From NCBI RefSeq assembly GCF_008831285.2, contig NC_045138.2, positions 31,248,001 through 31,312,000 of the forward strand: DNA of 64,000 nt, read 5' to 3'. The translations under genes and the position numbers were made by a program. The notes beneath the pieces were generated by a model. It worked only from the letters and a program-made list of their open reading frames with translations. It was not told where the DNA came from and did not search any database. Source of the DNA: Nymphaea colorata. Taxonomy: Eukaryota. Shown piece after piece: positions 49,829-64,000 of the stretch. Position 1 is the stretch's first letter. Each line of letters opens with the position of its first letter.

Positions 49829-51471
49829 ATACAAACCCACATAGTTAAAGCTGACCATAGAGTAGGTTGGTATTTTACACTTAAAATGCTAAAATCAGTT
49901 TTGGGTTAGATTACGGAAAACTTTTTTTTTTTTGTTAACTACTATTTTCCCTTTCTTAAGGTGGATTTCAGGAATGAAATCTGACTCTGAGTAGCTTAAA
50001 GTGGATCTGAAATCCAAATCCAACACTATATTTGGGATCATTCAAACGATGATGCCTTAATTCATTACAATAGTGAAAGCTAACGATTTACTTATCTCAT
50101 TCAATTATTAAGCGTCATTACAATGGTGCCCCTCCTTGTATAAGTCTGCATGCATGGTTCCTCATCATCTGTGATAAGGTTCAGATCCAATGTAACCTTG
50201 AAATGGGGTTTGCACCTTGCTAGTCATTGTGTTGCGCTTGTAAGGAAGTATAGCGGCTTCGCCCCTGAAAAAAATCCTCGCTCTGCCCCTTGCCCCTGTA
50301 GTAGTTTCTCCTCCTTCATTCACTCACGATCTTCTATTTGGTTCGTGTTCATTGCGACCAGGGGCGGAGCCAGGATTTTCTTCAAGGACGGGGTCCAATC
50401 TCTAGATATGGGTAGGACCAAATTGAATTCAAATCCAAAAAATACATGTGCAATTAAAAAATTATATTTTTTTTCAATGTAATTTTTTTTTTCATTGACC
50501 AGGATGGGGCCATGGCCTAGGCACCCCCCCTGCTTGCGACGCTCCCAGGCTTGGCGTTTCCTTCAGTGCACTTGGTTATGTTGCTTTTGGTGGTAGATTT
50601 GGAGTACCAGTAATGACATCACGTTCTGTGGGATGAATTTTGATTTTTCTCTTTTCTCACATGCTCTTCGATCAGACATTTTAGCTGTGGACAATGCTTT
50701 TGGCCACCGCTTTAATTTGCTGTGGCACTATTTCCTCTTCTTTTGCTACTATGTAGCTTTTAGCATCCATTTTTATTGGATGTTGTCTCGTTTAATATAG
50801 TACCAGAAAGACTGAGTCTGCCATCATCTCAGCCATGTCCACTAATTTCTTTGGCATCATCAGGTTAGGGTGAGCGAGAGGCTAATCTCATCGCTCGAGT
50901 AGGCTGAAGTCTCTCCTTCCCCTCATTCCCCTCCGCTATGCACTATGTTCATATTGGCACCCCTTTTTTGCAGTACAGAAGGTTGACACCATGTAGGCAT
51001 GGGCATCGGGCTGGCCCAGCCCAATAAACAATCAGGCTTGAGTTGGGCCATAGCCGGTGACTGCGGCCCGAGTTTGGTCTGATTAAATTAAAAAAATATA
51101 TTTTTAATATAGAGTAATATCTATATATATAATTAATCATAATATATATATATATAATAAAACTAATATTAAAAACAACTTATCGAACTAAATCGGGCCT
51201 AGTCGAGCCAAGTACCTATTACTGGTCGGGTACTTTGCCCAATGTCCGACCTTAACGAGAGTTTGAAACGATTAGCCGCCTATCAGCCTCCGCCTGGCAG
51301 GTGCACCAACCCCCACGATTTCTTTGGCATTTTGCATTTGTTGGTATTCATCAATGTTTTTCTTCTTCTCTTTTCCTTTCTTGCAATTCCATATCAAATG
51401 CATGGGCACATGGCTATCACTAATAAAAATCTGAATTGCTGTATTATTGTTATAATTATAGTATATATTTA

Positions 51472-51523
<52 letters not shown>

Positions 51524-51526
51524 ATA

Positions 51527-51557
<31 letters not shown>

Positions 51558-53235
51558 TGCTTATGTGACGTGATTTGCGTGGCCAATATTTTAAGATTTG
51601 ATGCATACAAAACTTTCTCCTATCTAAAAATAACGAATGTAATTAAGCAAGATATTATATTACTTTAGAGAAATGAGGAATTCCCGCAACTTTAATGGCA
51701 ACAACGTGTGACATATTATTGTGGTGAAGTTGGTGAGATGTCCAGTTCATGACATCCCTTTCTTCAACGGCGGAAGCTGGCCGATGTAAACAGAGTTTTT
51801 ATATTTCTCTTGGGCTAAAACAAATGAACTTTTCGCAAGCAAAAACACCATGGTGGATGATCATGGATATTCTAGAAATTCTGGTTAAGGTGCAATAGGT
51901 ATAAAATTTTTAATTTTAAAGGGCATCAGAAAAATTGCTTAAAAATATCAATATAAAAATATTTTTTTTTTTGGGGATCCATGTGTGCAATCGCCTACGG
52001 CGTAGCTGTCTCCTGTTAACCAGACTTAACATATTAGTAAACCATGTAAATCATGCTCATTGCACCCACAATAATATCTAGATATATTATGAACGAAGAG
52101 AAAGTCATATAAATGTTGAGATGAGATCTATATATTCAATTAATAAGTGGGTCGAGTTAAGGCCTGGAGATATTCATAAGGAGAGACCCAGCTTTATCCT
52201 AGTGTGATCTTGTCTTTACCAGACTTAATGTATTTTTTTTTTCAATTAAAGCAATGGTGAAGCCACAAATTTTTAGCTGAGAGATATAACACAAGTTCTC
52301 GATTTTAGGTCCTTCAAAAAAATTTAAATTTGAAGGGCACCAATATGTAACAAACTAAATTATATAGGGGAAATAATATGTATATGAACTAAATATGTGT
52401 GTCTATGTGAATAACTGCCGACATGAGCCCACTCCTAAGGTTTTTTCGTTCGTGGAAAGAGAGAGAAAAAGAAAAAAAGTTGGGGGAAGATAGAGGGACA
52501 AGAACCGGCCTCTTTAGCCTCTCTATAATTAGATCCACAATCTCATACTCAACATTCCTCAATACCATCAAGATAACACTATTTAAGATTTAAACGGAGA
52601 GCGTGACGCCAGCCGATGCAACTGGTTGCGTTAGAGAAAAAGAGGGTCCCACTTCTAATACACAAAAAGAAGAAAGGGCATTTGCTCAAGTTTACAAACA
52701 AATCTTCCATCCAATTTAGTAAAATCGAGATATTATTTCAAGCCAGAAGCTCCACACACCCCAACCTTTTTTTTTTTGCCCTCAAGTAATTTTTCTTCGT
52801 CAAAACATATGAGGTCTAGGTGCAACGACGGAACGATTCGAAAGGAGCTATGCATATCAAAAGACAATGAAACAAACCTTTCATTACGTAGTAAACTTCA
52901 GTTCATATAAAATCACTTCATATTCCTCAATGATACATAGAACAAAAATGTTTCAAAGCAACAACATTGATGTCTAACAAAACAAAACATCAATGAGACT
53001 CAAAATATGACGTGTCGGCACTACAAGAAACCAAAAATCTCCCAACTAAAATATGAGTTGAGCCTTTTATTGTTTACTTTTTTAGGTTTTGATAGACTAG
53101 CAGCAGCAATAACTAAGAAAACATTACTAGGAATTTTTCCCCCTGTTTGAAGCATATAATTAAGCAGGTCCTTGCGTTGAAATTTCACATAGAATGTGTT
53201 TTCCTTGCATTAATATTAAGTTTTCATATAGAAAG

Positions 53236-53537
53236 CTATGCGGGTGCCGGAATGGCACATCCCAAAAAATTTAAGGCGAGAGTATTTTATTATTATTATT
53301 TTTAATTTATTATATATATAACAGAATAATCATATTATTACAATTTAGTTATTAATGTAAATAACATACTTGAATAATAGAATAATTGTATTGTATAGAA
53401 AAATATCAAAACAACATATAATATATAAGTAATTTAGTAATATGACATTTTAATTGAGCTCGGGTGTGAGTCGGAGCCTCACCCATGTTCGGTGCACACC
53501 CGACTCGATGCGGACTCCGGTGCATCCGGTGACTTAG
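53236..53537. mobile_element. MITE of the CTAWGTCAC family (left TIR partly deleted)
   Basis: CTATGCGGGTGCC...CCGGTGACTTAG, flanks ATAGAAAG / ATAAAAAG. Confidence 0.7.
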
Positions 53538-54745
53538 ATAAAAAGTGCTTTGCCCACCTGACTACCTGTTGTAAATCTAGAACCTTCAAGTTGAAAGAGG
53601 ATATAAGACTAAGTTTCAATATTAATGAAAGTTTTCCCTATTAAAAAAGTAAAAAGTCAATGAATGTCGTCAGGTATTTCATGCATACATGAGCGTGTAC
53701 CCCAATTTGAATACATATGCATTTGGATGAAAAGGAAATATACTTTTTGAAGTACGAAATTAGCGGCGGGTTTAACGAATTGTGTAACTTTAGTCGCCTC
53801 CTCAACAATAATGTAAGAATTTAAGGGTGTGTTTGTTAACTGCGGACCTGTCCCAAACCCATTATTTGTTTAAACACTGGGTTTTTATATAGAGTGAACT
53901 CAAAACCAGTTTAATGACAACCAACTTGTGATATATATATATATATAAGAAAACAGATGCTTAGGTCAGGGATGAAACCAAACCTATTGATTTTTTTGTT
54001 TAAAACCCATTTTAAATACAATATAAACATTTAAAGACTGATTCAAGTTGTTTGAATGAAAAATGTTGATTTTTTTTTTATTATCATGCCATGGGGGCAG
54101 TTCATTTTTTATTATAAAACTACCATTAAAGTCTAACAGAAATCAACTTAGTATATGTTTTGCTTCAACCCATTTTTAAGATCACATCAATAAGGTTAGA
54201 TTGCAAAAAAAAAAAAATTTAAAAATCAAAATCAAAATCAAAGGGTGTGGATATATATATATAGAAAGAGAGAGAAAGAGAGTAATTGGTAGTTACCAGC
54301 TACTATGTTAGGATAAAAACCCGATCACTCAAAAATTGATTGTTAAAACACGTTTTTGCATAATCCAAATGTATAGACGTGATCGATGAAAACATATGGG
54401 CACGTCCCACTTAACCTCGGCGACTGATTACACTCAAATAGTGTATTTTCGGGTGAGTGGGTTTGCCCATTGCCCTGATGGCCGAAACCTCTATCCAACC
54501 CCTTATTCGCGTAAGATACAGTCAAATAGTATATCAATCTACGGTTTTTTAGGAAAACATTTGTATGACACCTTTTAAAAAGTGAGTTTTGTAAAAACTT
54601 GACAAAACCCAATTTTGATGTCATCCAAGTGCGACCAAATGGTGTTTTGCAATCAAAACCAGCTTTTGCCAGTAAAACATAATCTTAAGGCTGTCACGTA
54701 AACGTCTTTTTAAGAGTCATTTGACAACAGAAACATATTGTTATC

Positions 54746-54904
54746 GAGCGGTGGCACATGTGGGTTGGTGTGGGCAGTTGCCCACACCAGCTCCTTAAAA
54801 TTTCCTTATTTTTAATATTTACTTTGATACATATATAAGTGCCCCTAGATATGAGTATTTATAAACAAGTGCCCCTTCAACCAATTTTTCTCGCTCCACC
54901 ACTG
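54746..54904. mobile_element. Short hAT-type MITE (CAGTGGCGGAGC-like ends)
   Basis: GAGCGGTGGCAC...GTGGGCAGTTGCCCACAC...GCTCCACCACTG. Related pieces at about 5142-5310, 11090-11220, 40185-40389 and 50359-50545. Confidence 0.55.
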
Positions 54905-56356
54905 CATAGGAATAAGCATTACCATATTAACAACATAACATTAAAAAAAGGAAAAACATTCTTAAATGCCTATTTTCATCGATGAATTAATCGGACTCCA
55001 TTGACGAGAGTTTGCTCGTAAAAAGAAAAGAAACAGACATGCCTCGTCTGTTCTTGGTTTGAAAAACATACAAGCAACTCCAATGTAGGTAGGAAACATG
55101 GGCGGGGCGGGGCCGCTGACCACACGGTCCATCAGTGAAAAACAATTTTCTCATCATATCGGCTGATCGCCAGTTTGATTTTCATAAGTACTACTCCGTT
55201 GGGTATTCTGCTTCCCATTCAGTCTCAAAACATACCTAAACTCGAACAGCATGAAGAAAGAGAGAGTGTGTGACTTCGGCCTCTTCATATCATCCTCGCT
55301 AAGGCTTGGTGGTCTTTCTCTCAAATTAATTTATCTGACATCGAAGCAAATGCTGCAAAGAAAAACAATTAAAAAACTACTTTGCAATTTATGTCAATGA
55401 AATTGCATAACATCTCTTTCATTAACAACTGTCGACCACGGACCACCCCTTGACTCAGTTAAAAACTTCGTTGGGTTGAACGGAATTATTGTAAAACAGT
55501 AACCTTCTTGTTGTAAAAGTGAAGAAATACAATTTTATATTGGTAAAATATCTCACCGCTAGCAAACAAGCAAAAGCCAGGTCAACCAAAAAATACTAAT
55601 TAAAATGTTTTTTTATACAATCTAAATCTTAAGAGTGATTTGATGAATACCATGTATTAAGTTTGTCATTTTTTTTTACTTTAATCATGTTTTTAGAAAA
55701 AGTAAAATCCTTTTTAAAAAAATAACTTGAAACGAAGTATAAAGTTTTCCTTTGTTTACTTCGAATCCGGACATCTTATAAACGAATATGGTAAGGAGCA
55801 TGAACAATTCGAATCCGATCAGTTATCCAGAATTTGTAATTTCTGTATTAAAAAAAAAAAAAAAGCAAGCCCCGGTTCCAAGCTGTTTAATTGACTCCTG
55901 GCTCAAAAAATGAATTTCAAAATACATAAAATTTATTTTTCCTTTTATTTATACCATTCAACTCCAATAGTGGTTTGTTAGCTCATAGCACGAAATATCA
56001 TCTCAATCTAAAAAGAAAACCGTTCCGGAAGAAAAAAAAAAAAAAAAAAAATCTGCCGTTTCCGTCTGGCCCCAAACCTTGTAAATGTCTATACCCACTC
56101 CAATATCTTTGAATAAAAATAACATTTTTTTATTATGTGGATTTGTTTAATCACGTAAAGTTGCTTGGACTACAGTTTTCTAATATAATTCATGGCCAAC
56201 ACGAACTGGACAGCTTGGGTGGGGTTTGGTATAGGAAGGAGAAAACATGAGCCATTGAAACATGACCAAGTCTCCAACAATTTTATAAAAATTTTATTGG
56301 TCAAATTCCAAACAATGTTGTTGGGTAGCTCAAAATAAAAAATTAATTTTGAAAAG

Positions 56357-56440
<84 letters not shown>

Positions 56441-57667
56441 AAATTGAATGATAACTTCATCTTTTCATGTCATCCATCTGATAGACTATTAAAAGAAAAC
56501 CAATGAGAGAAAGGTAATGGACACCTTCAGTTCACAACATTTTTTATTGTTTTTTTTATCATTCATTCACTATATATATATATATATATATATCTACTGA
56601 TTTGGAATTTGACCGATAATTTTTATGAAATTGTGGGGAATGAGTATACAAAATCAAAATTGATGGTGAAAAGCACTATGCGTGTATATAGAAATTAATA
56701 TATATAGGTATTAAAAAATTGTGAAGAAATAATCTTGAATGACGTGCGTTTGAAGTATGGGCACTTTTTTAAATTGTTGGTTGCATCATAATAGAATGGG
56801 GCACAGCGAAATACAACAAAATTTCGATCCTGATCTGACCCATCTGCATTTGGATCCGAATTAAATAAAAGCACTTCATTTGGTCAAATTCGGATGCAGT
56901 AGAGGCAGGGATGTCGTTGTCCGGGATTTGAACATGACAACTACGGAGCAACTAATAAATGTCTTCAGAAGAATAACAATCTGTTGGATTTTATTTGATT
57001 ATTCATCTTGATGACCAGTGGGATTTATCTGATTATTCGGACGAATATCTGATTCTGGCGAACGATATTCTGTTAATAAAATATGGTGGTTTTTTTTTTT
57101 CCTTTCTACGTAAATTCAGATATGAATCTGGATCAAATGCATTACGTAAGTAATGATCAAAATGTTCTGGATTTAAAGCCAAATTTAAGCCCCCATTTGT
57201 GAATTTTCAGAAAAAATAAGCTTCTGTTTCTTTTTTCTCGAAAAATCTGCAGCAAATATTCTGGTTAACACCAATTTTTTGATTTTTTAAAGAAAATCTA
57301 ATTTGGGTTCCTTGAAGTTGAACTGGTTTATGTTTTTGGTGACATTTGATTCATCTGTCCATGGATCTTTTGTGACAAAAGAAAAGTTTCTTATTAATGA
57401 ATGCGAAAAACAGCGGCTTAAGAAAATAAGGGAAGTTTCCATCCAACCCTTTATTTTTAAAAAATAAAATTGAAAACTCATTTTTAAAAATTAAAAAAAT
57501 ATATTTATTTTCAAATTAAATTTCCAGTCAACCTTATCTTCATTAAGTTTGCCTGTACAGATGTGATATGATCATCGACCTGTAAAATGAAGACGATGTC
57601 AAAGATTTAAGAGAAGATTTGGTAGAGGAACCAATTTGGAAATGCATAAACTTATGATAGAAACGGA

Positions 57668-58055
57668 TAGGGATGGGCAACCAAGCTCGTGAATCAGTTC
57701 GAACCGAGTTATTCACTTAACGAAACGAGCTCGAGTTCATGAATTGACTTGTTTAAATAATCGTGTTGAGTTCAAGCTCAACACGTAGCTACCAAGTCGA
57801 ATTCGAGCTTTAATCAAGTCGATATATTCAAACAAATTTACGAGTTTATCCAACCTTAATCGAGTCGAACTCGAGCTCAACACGTAACGATGAATATCAA
57901 TTCTATTCAAACGAGTTTGTCGAGCATTAATCGAGTTGAGTTCAACGTGAACACGTAACTGTCGAGTCAAGATCGTGTTGCTTCCATCAAGCTATTCTCA
58001 AGCTTGAGCCGAGTTTGATTGAACTCGAGCTGGACTCGGCTGGTGTTCACCCTTA
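57668..58055. mobile_element. hAT-type MITE in the RING gene promoter
   Basis: TAGGGATGGGC...GTTCACCCTTA, 8-bp flanks GAAACGGA / GAAACGGG, TCGAG-rich interior. Confidence 0.75.
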
Positions 58056-60074
58056 GAAACGGGTCCGGATCAAAACATGAAAAAGAATGGATTTGATTAA
58101 TCCGTATCAGATCCAAGATCCAAATGGAGTCGGACCAACTACGACCAGACAAGAATGAGGACAGAAACAGAAAAAAGGAAGGCAATGGCTAATTTGAGAG
58201 GGACAGAAAAACTGGAGAGAGAAAGAGGGACCAATTCACCAAAAGAGTCCTTTCAGGCGTTCCGCCCGTTAATTGGAAAAAAGGAGTGAAAACAGAGAAT
58301 CTCTCTCTCTCTCCTCTCTGTCTCTTTCTCTCTCTCTCTTATTCTGAGGGGAAGCTAGAGAGGAAGAGAGCCAGAAGGAGAGGAAGGACACCCATTTGCT
58401 GAAGGGTTGAGGAAGAAGGAGATGAACAAGTAGTGGATTTCTTAGACGAGGAAAGAAAAAAAGAAGAAGAAGAACGGAGCAGGATCTAAATCATTTTTCT
58501 TTTCAGTATTTATCTGTATCTAGTTTCATCGGGTGGAGAGTGCTTCAGATCCTTCAGGTATCTCGCTGTCCTTTTGTTTCTTTCTTTTCCTTTTGTTTTG
58601 GGGGTTTGGAGAACTGAGTTACTAAATGGTTTTCATTTTTTTCTAATCAAGTTCTTTGACGGTTGATTGTGAAAAATGGCTGCCCATCGCTGGCCATCGT
58701 TTCTACTCTTCTTTGTCAATTTTTTTTTTATTGGGATTGTACTTCTGTTTTAGGCAGTTCTTGGATTGCAGGGGGGTGAGTTCTTCCCCCCACCCCTTCT
58801 CTCTCTCTTTTTTGGATACGTAATTTCAATGATGGCAACCTGATTAAGGTTCTGTCTTTTCAAGTGGGGTTCTTTATTTTGGTGGAAGTGATGTAAAAGC
58901 CTTTTGGGTTGGTTTTCAATATTATCTTTTTGCTTTTTTTTTTTTTTCTTCTTCTCTTTGGCGTTTTTTCTCCCTTTTTTGAATTTGGGGATCCTGAGGT
59001 TTCAGCTGCACCTTGTACGTTTGGCATTTATTAGGGTATTTTTATTAATTTTTGTTGGATTATTTGCTCCATCTGAACAAATTAAAGTGGTATTGGTTGG
59101 GATTCTTTTTCTTTCTCGGGTTCTTCATTAGATTTTTTTTGTTCGTCTTCGAGGAAGGTTCATTTATTTCTTATCCTCAAGCGTTGGCGCGGTTACTTTG
59201 CTTAAAATTTGTTTTAGTATCGAGTTTGAGCCTCTCTCTCTCTCTATCTTTCTCTCTCTCGGGGAATTATCTTGCCATTGTGGTTCTCGGGATTATGAAG
59301 ACTGTGTTGGGTTTTGATTTCAAATTGACGATTTGGTAAAGTTGATACATGGTTGAATATGAAGGCCTTAATAGAAATGCATGGACTTATCCGGATAAAA
59401 TGGGATAAGTTCTTTATTTTTCCCATTATTATGGAGAAACGAAGCAGATTTGTTTATATTCTTGGACGTCCTTGGTAAGGACATGTACTCAAATACCCGG
59501 GGGCTGAAAGCCTGATTAATGTGAAGATCTTGAACATAACTTGATTTTATGTGGAATTTGGCGAGAATTTTTTGCGAGCCATATGAATATCCTAACTGTC
59601 ATGTGACTCCCATAACCAAAATTTATGTCGAGTCAATGTCTTGGAAGCCTCAGATTCTCCCATTCTTTTGTGAAGTTTATGCCTGTTATGTTTTTCATGC
59701 TCATTCGGGTAGCACAGGATATCATACAAGTGTGACAGAGCTGTTTATTGTATTCTGAGTCCCGATTGAACATTTTTGCTGCTTTTTTTCTTTTTGCTTC
59801 CTCTTGTAGCATGTAGTACTTACTTACTTACAAGTTACAATATATTTTTCTTCTTTTTAACTTCAGAATAGTGTATTTGCACCGGACAGCTTATCTTGAA
59901 GTGATGAGTTGATTTTTAGTCTTCTCACACCGTGGATGTTGGCAGCGATCGTATATCAGAAGTTGACCGTATATACACAGGAGTGATTTAATTTTCATCC
60001 TATAAGAAGCAGTCAGGGCTTGGGAGATTGATGAAATGTCGTCTCTATGTGTTACTCTTTGATACCGTGTTGGC

Positions 60075-60742
60075 ATGTCCATGGATGTTTCCCCTTATGA
60101 AATAGGTTCTGAAGAGCAGAGTGAGAGACATCCTTTGTTAATGGAAAGGACAGTAGGTTCATCAGATCATGAGCATGTTATAAATGTAATGCAGGGTACC
60201 GCAACTCCATCAAGCTCTCATGACGATCTAAACAGCTTAGACTCATCACATGAGGATAGGTCGCCTACTGACAGTACACAGGTCCAACACCCTCCATCTT
60301 CATCTACCTTGTCTTCTTCAAGAAACAGTTCATTCCTGAGAAGAGGTGATAATTATGGCCGCCGACACAGAAGTCCTCTCAACTCAGGGTTGTGGATTTC
60401 AGTTGAACTTGTAATTGCAGTTAGCCAGATAATTGCGTCGGTAATTGTTTTGTCACTGTCAAGACATGAGAAACCAAAGGCTCCACTGTTTGTCTGGGTT
60501 GTGGGTTATGCTTCTGGCTGTCTTGCTACCCTTCCACTTCTTTATTGGAGGTACATCACACGTAATCGTTTCGCGGAACAGGACTCAGCTCAGATGCATG
60601 TGGATTCTAATCGGGATAACCCTTCTCTGGAATCAGCTTCTTATGCTGTGATGTCAACTCCTCAAGCTCCTGAAGCTGAAGTGCATCATAGAACCACTTC
60701 AAACTCATGGATTGATCAACATGCAAACCCTAGAAGCACAAG
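60075..60742 (+). CDS. Transmembrane RING-H2 E3 ubiquitin ligase (At1g63170-like family), first coding exon; the gene continues beyond the window
   Basis: ERHPLLM...RRHRSPLNSGLWISVELVIAVSQIIASVIVLSLSRHEKPKAPLFVWVVGYASGCLATLPLLYWRY, ending at donor AG|GTAATA (60743). Probable UTR exon at about 58290-58557 and intron 58558-59866. The RING domain itself is not in the window. Confidence 0.82.
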
Positions 60743-61763
60743 GTAATATTGGAAATATGCTTGTGAACCGCAGGCATGATCCTGACTTCAATTACTTTTG
60801 ATTTGTGAAACTGGACATGCTATGGTTGCAACTAAGTATAGTCTAGCAATGATTGTCATTCATTCTGTCAGGTGAATGCAGGTACGAGTGTGGGTACGGC
60901 AAACATACACACACACACACACATGAAAGAAGCTTACATGTTGATATATCAAAAACTATATGTATTATGTAATGTTAAGTATGGATTATTATACCTGCAA
61001 ATATAAATATCTGCATTGAGAGTTGTGCTGGCATAGGCATGGTACCTGCACTCCAGTTGACTTTCGTGTGGTGGTCTATATGTGGGATCTATATGATGTG
61101 ACGTTTATTCAACCTTAGAGAGTGAAAGTTTTCTACACTTTAAACTATAGCTAATCGCAATTTATCAGCCACTATATATGAAGAGAAGAGGTCTGAGAGT
61201 GTTGAAATAACAATTATTTGTGATGCAGATTGCGTTAGTAACTTAGTATGAATTCAGGAAATAATGTGGACCATATTTTGATGAAAGTAGAGCAGATTGA
61301 TAATGGCATTTGCTATTATTATCTCTTTCAAAATTAGGTGAACTCAAACACTGTGGAGTGTCAGTTTATGGTGTTCATAGATGAGGGGAGGGATTTGATA
61401 TCTTTGGGACTTTGAAGTATGAAACCAGTTGTCATGAAGTTGTGACAGAATAGAAAAACTCCCTGATTTGGGATATTATTGTATACTGATAAGATTAGAG
61501 GTTTGTATAAACTTAAGCTTGGCGTTCATGTCTTTATATATTCATGCTGGCTGTCATAAAGTAACAGTTTGTTGAGAATGTAGAATAGAAATGTGATATC
61601 TGAGGAAGGGAATTTACTGTGGGAAGCTGTAGAAATATCACATACTGTAGGCACTACTGACTTCTTCTGTACTTAGAAGGCCTACTGCCTTAGGAGCTTT
61701 ATGAAAGATGCGCAGGCTGAGTTTTTCAACTAATTTCGGTGATGTTTGGAAAAATTCAAATGG

Positions 61764-61819
61764 TATGTCACATGGGTGCAGCGTGCTGCAAACTGATGGG
61801 TGTGAGTGCAGCAAGGGGG

Positions 61820-61887
<68 letters not shown>

Positions 61888-62472
61888 ATACAAAGTCACA
61901 TTCTAGATTCCAAACTCTGTAGCATTCTATTTCTTCTATGTAATATATATACCCTGGAGTTTGTTTTTAGATTTTAAGATCTTACTCATAACAGAAGTAG
62001 GTATATTAAACAAGTAGTTTTTATATATCTAGTATTATATATTTATAACTGTATGAATATGTAGATCTTATAAGCAGCATATATATATCACAGAACTGAT
62101 TAACGAAACTTATGCAATTAATACATATAGGAAAACATGTTCTCATATTAAAAAAACCTATAAACAGCAATAAGCTAATAGCATATATGACCATATGGCA
62201 TATGCAATACATAAAGTTACAATGAGCATATAATATCTAGTATTAAACTGCAATGCAGTAAAATACTAAAAACAGTATGACAGATGCAGCAAAACTAAAA
62301 AAGCTGAAAAACAGAAGCATCATTTCTTAAAAACAATAAAAAAGGACAAAACTGACACCCGTGCGGTTCATGTCCACAGCACCTGGCACTGTGTCGGAGG
62401 TGCACCCGCACTTGCACCTGAGTTGCGTCGAGTCGGGTGCTTTTGCTGTTTTGGTGAGTCCGTGTGACATTG
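61764..62472. mobile_element. MITE of the CTAWGTCAC family in the RING gene intron
   Basis: TATGTCACATGGG...CCGTGTGACATTG flanked by a perfect 8-bp TCAAATGG duplication; contains (CA)n(TA)n. Confidence 0.8.
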
Positions 62473-64000
62473 TCAAATGGAAGGCAATGACTCTTCATTT
62501 TAGATGTCCTGATCATCGTGTTAATGCATCTCAAGTTTCTGTGAGTATGGGGTGGGAAAAGCAAGATACAAGAAATTGACTAAAATGTAGACTGAGTGTC
62601 AAACTTGCAGTCCAATGTTTGTTTACACTATTGTAACATTGGGATGTAAGTGTCCCGATAGTATATTTGGACACTCTGTCAAAGCCAAACAAATTAGAGG
62701 GAAGTACATCTCTGAACATTTTTCTTATGTTCCTTTTTTGGAAGCAAAAAGGTGGTTTACAAATCCTTCTTCCAATTCAAACCTGTTTTTAGTTACTAAC
62801 AGTTGATACTTTTGTGTGAATTAGATTTTCACAACCACTGGTCTCCTCAGTTTCTCTTTTTTGCTCTTCTGCTTATAGTAGCTCATCCAATAGGTGCTGT
62901 TTTAATGTTGTAAAGCATTCCCTATGCAGGAGTTTAAACCAAGAGGGACACTGGCTTCCTACAAAATGGAATAGCGTTAGCATGTGTTTTTAAGTATAAT
63001 ACATTAATAGCTGTTCATTTGAAAAAAAATGTAAATTTTTATTGATAAAGGGGAGACACTCATAATACTCTCTTTTGAGAGAGAGATTTTTTTTCCTATT
63101 TTGGGTTGGTCTTTCTTTTTTTTTTTTTGGGGGGGGGGGGGGGGTCGGGAGGGGAAGAGGCAATGGGTATTGAGCCATTTTTTTTTTTGTTTATGGTTCT
63201 GAATTGAGCCATAAACAAGAAAGAAAAGGGGATACTCCTCTGTGTGTGTGTGAGAGAGAGAGAGAATCCACCATGGTACTTTTTTAAAATCAAAAGGGGC
63301 TTAAGGAAGCTCCCAAAAAAGAAAAAATAAATGAACATTTTTGCCTTATAAGAAAAGAAGGTAAATCAATGGTTGTGCCTAATTAGGGTGGTTACTGTCC
63401 ATCCTGACCTCATTAAAATATTTTGGTTGGGAGCACTAATGTGGCTCCAGCATTAGGTATCTCCAAGGAGATATCTCATCCCTTTTTTAAAGATGTGCTG
63501 GTGATTAGCTGCCTACTTTTATTCTCATCCAACATGCTTAACTAATGTAACACAGGCATAATGTGGTGAACTTGTAAGCTTTATAGCAATCCCTAAACTT
63601 TTCTTTTTTGTGGAAAAGTAGGAAGATAATGATTGAGAAATTCAAGGAGTTACATATCTTCTAACATGAAAAAACTTGATGAAAAAATTAATGAGCCTAC
63701 CCTGACACCTTTGGAAATGAATGAATCATGGATGAGTAACAATTTCCTTTCGGGCATTGAAGAGCAAAGCAATTTCAATTCCTTACTTTTCTCTCACTTT
63801 ATTTTCATGCATTTAGCCTCAATATTTCCTTCCATGTGCATTTCCTTAGACAAGGGGCTTTATATTTCGTGTACTCCATGGTTCTTCTTCAAGTACTTAC
63901 AGTGAATCTCATGATGCATTGACAGAATCGGTGTTCTAGTAGACCACTTTAAAATGGCACTTGATTGCTTTTTTGCTGTTTGGTTTGTTGTTGGCAATGT

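Noticed and set aside
53019..53030. Perfect CACTACAAGAAA CACTA terminus
   Set aside because: I found no matching opposite end or subterminal repeat array; at most a solo relic.
55755..55825. TTCGAATCC motifs suggesting a tRNA T-loop
   Set aside because: No cloverleaf or A-box; the motifs resemble MITE-internal ATCCG repeats.
59901..60113. GTGATGA...CTGA as C/D snoRNA boxes
   Set aside because: The boxes are too far apart, overlap the CDS and have no terminal stem.

Overview
Flowering-plant nuclear DNA: AT-rich, with spliceosomal introns and many microsatellites. I can support five protein-coding genes: an Aux/IAA repressor (-, 3 exons), mitochondrial ribosomal protein mL43/L51 (+, 3 coding exons), prefoldin subunit 2 (+, single coding exon behind a probable ~5 kb leader), a FATB acyl-ACP thioesterase (-, 6 coding exons) and the first coding exon of a transmembrane RING-type E3 ligase (+, runs off the window). 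Between them lie a decayed PLS-type PPR pseudogene caught in a local tandem triplication and a Harbinger-type Myb/SANT relic. Mobile DNA includes a full-length but inactivated L1 LINE with a 17-bp target-site duplication (TSD) and no poly(A) tail, a second L1 fragment, a TRIM, CACTA derivatives and many hAT- and Tourist-type MITEs, several with readable TSDs. The least explained items are a spliced minus-strand transcription unit with no long ORF (about 18.0-20.15 kb), the exon-like, transposon-filled leader of the prefoldin gene, a recurring 8-bp-TSD MITE family with unusual CTAWGTCAC ends, and the tailless LINE 3' end. I see no CRISPR array, rRNA, tRNA or prokaryote-like system. All homology calls rest on motif recognition by eye; no searches were run.
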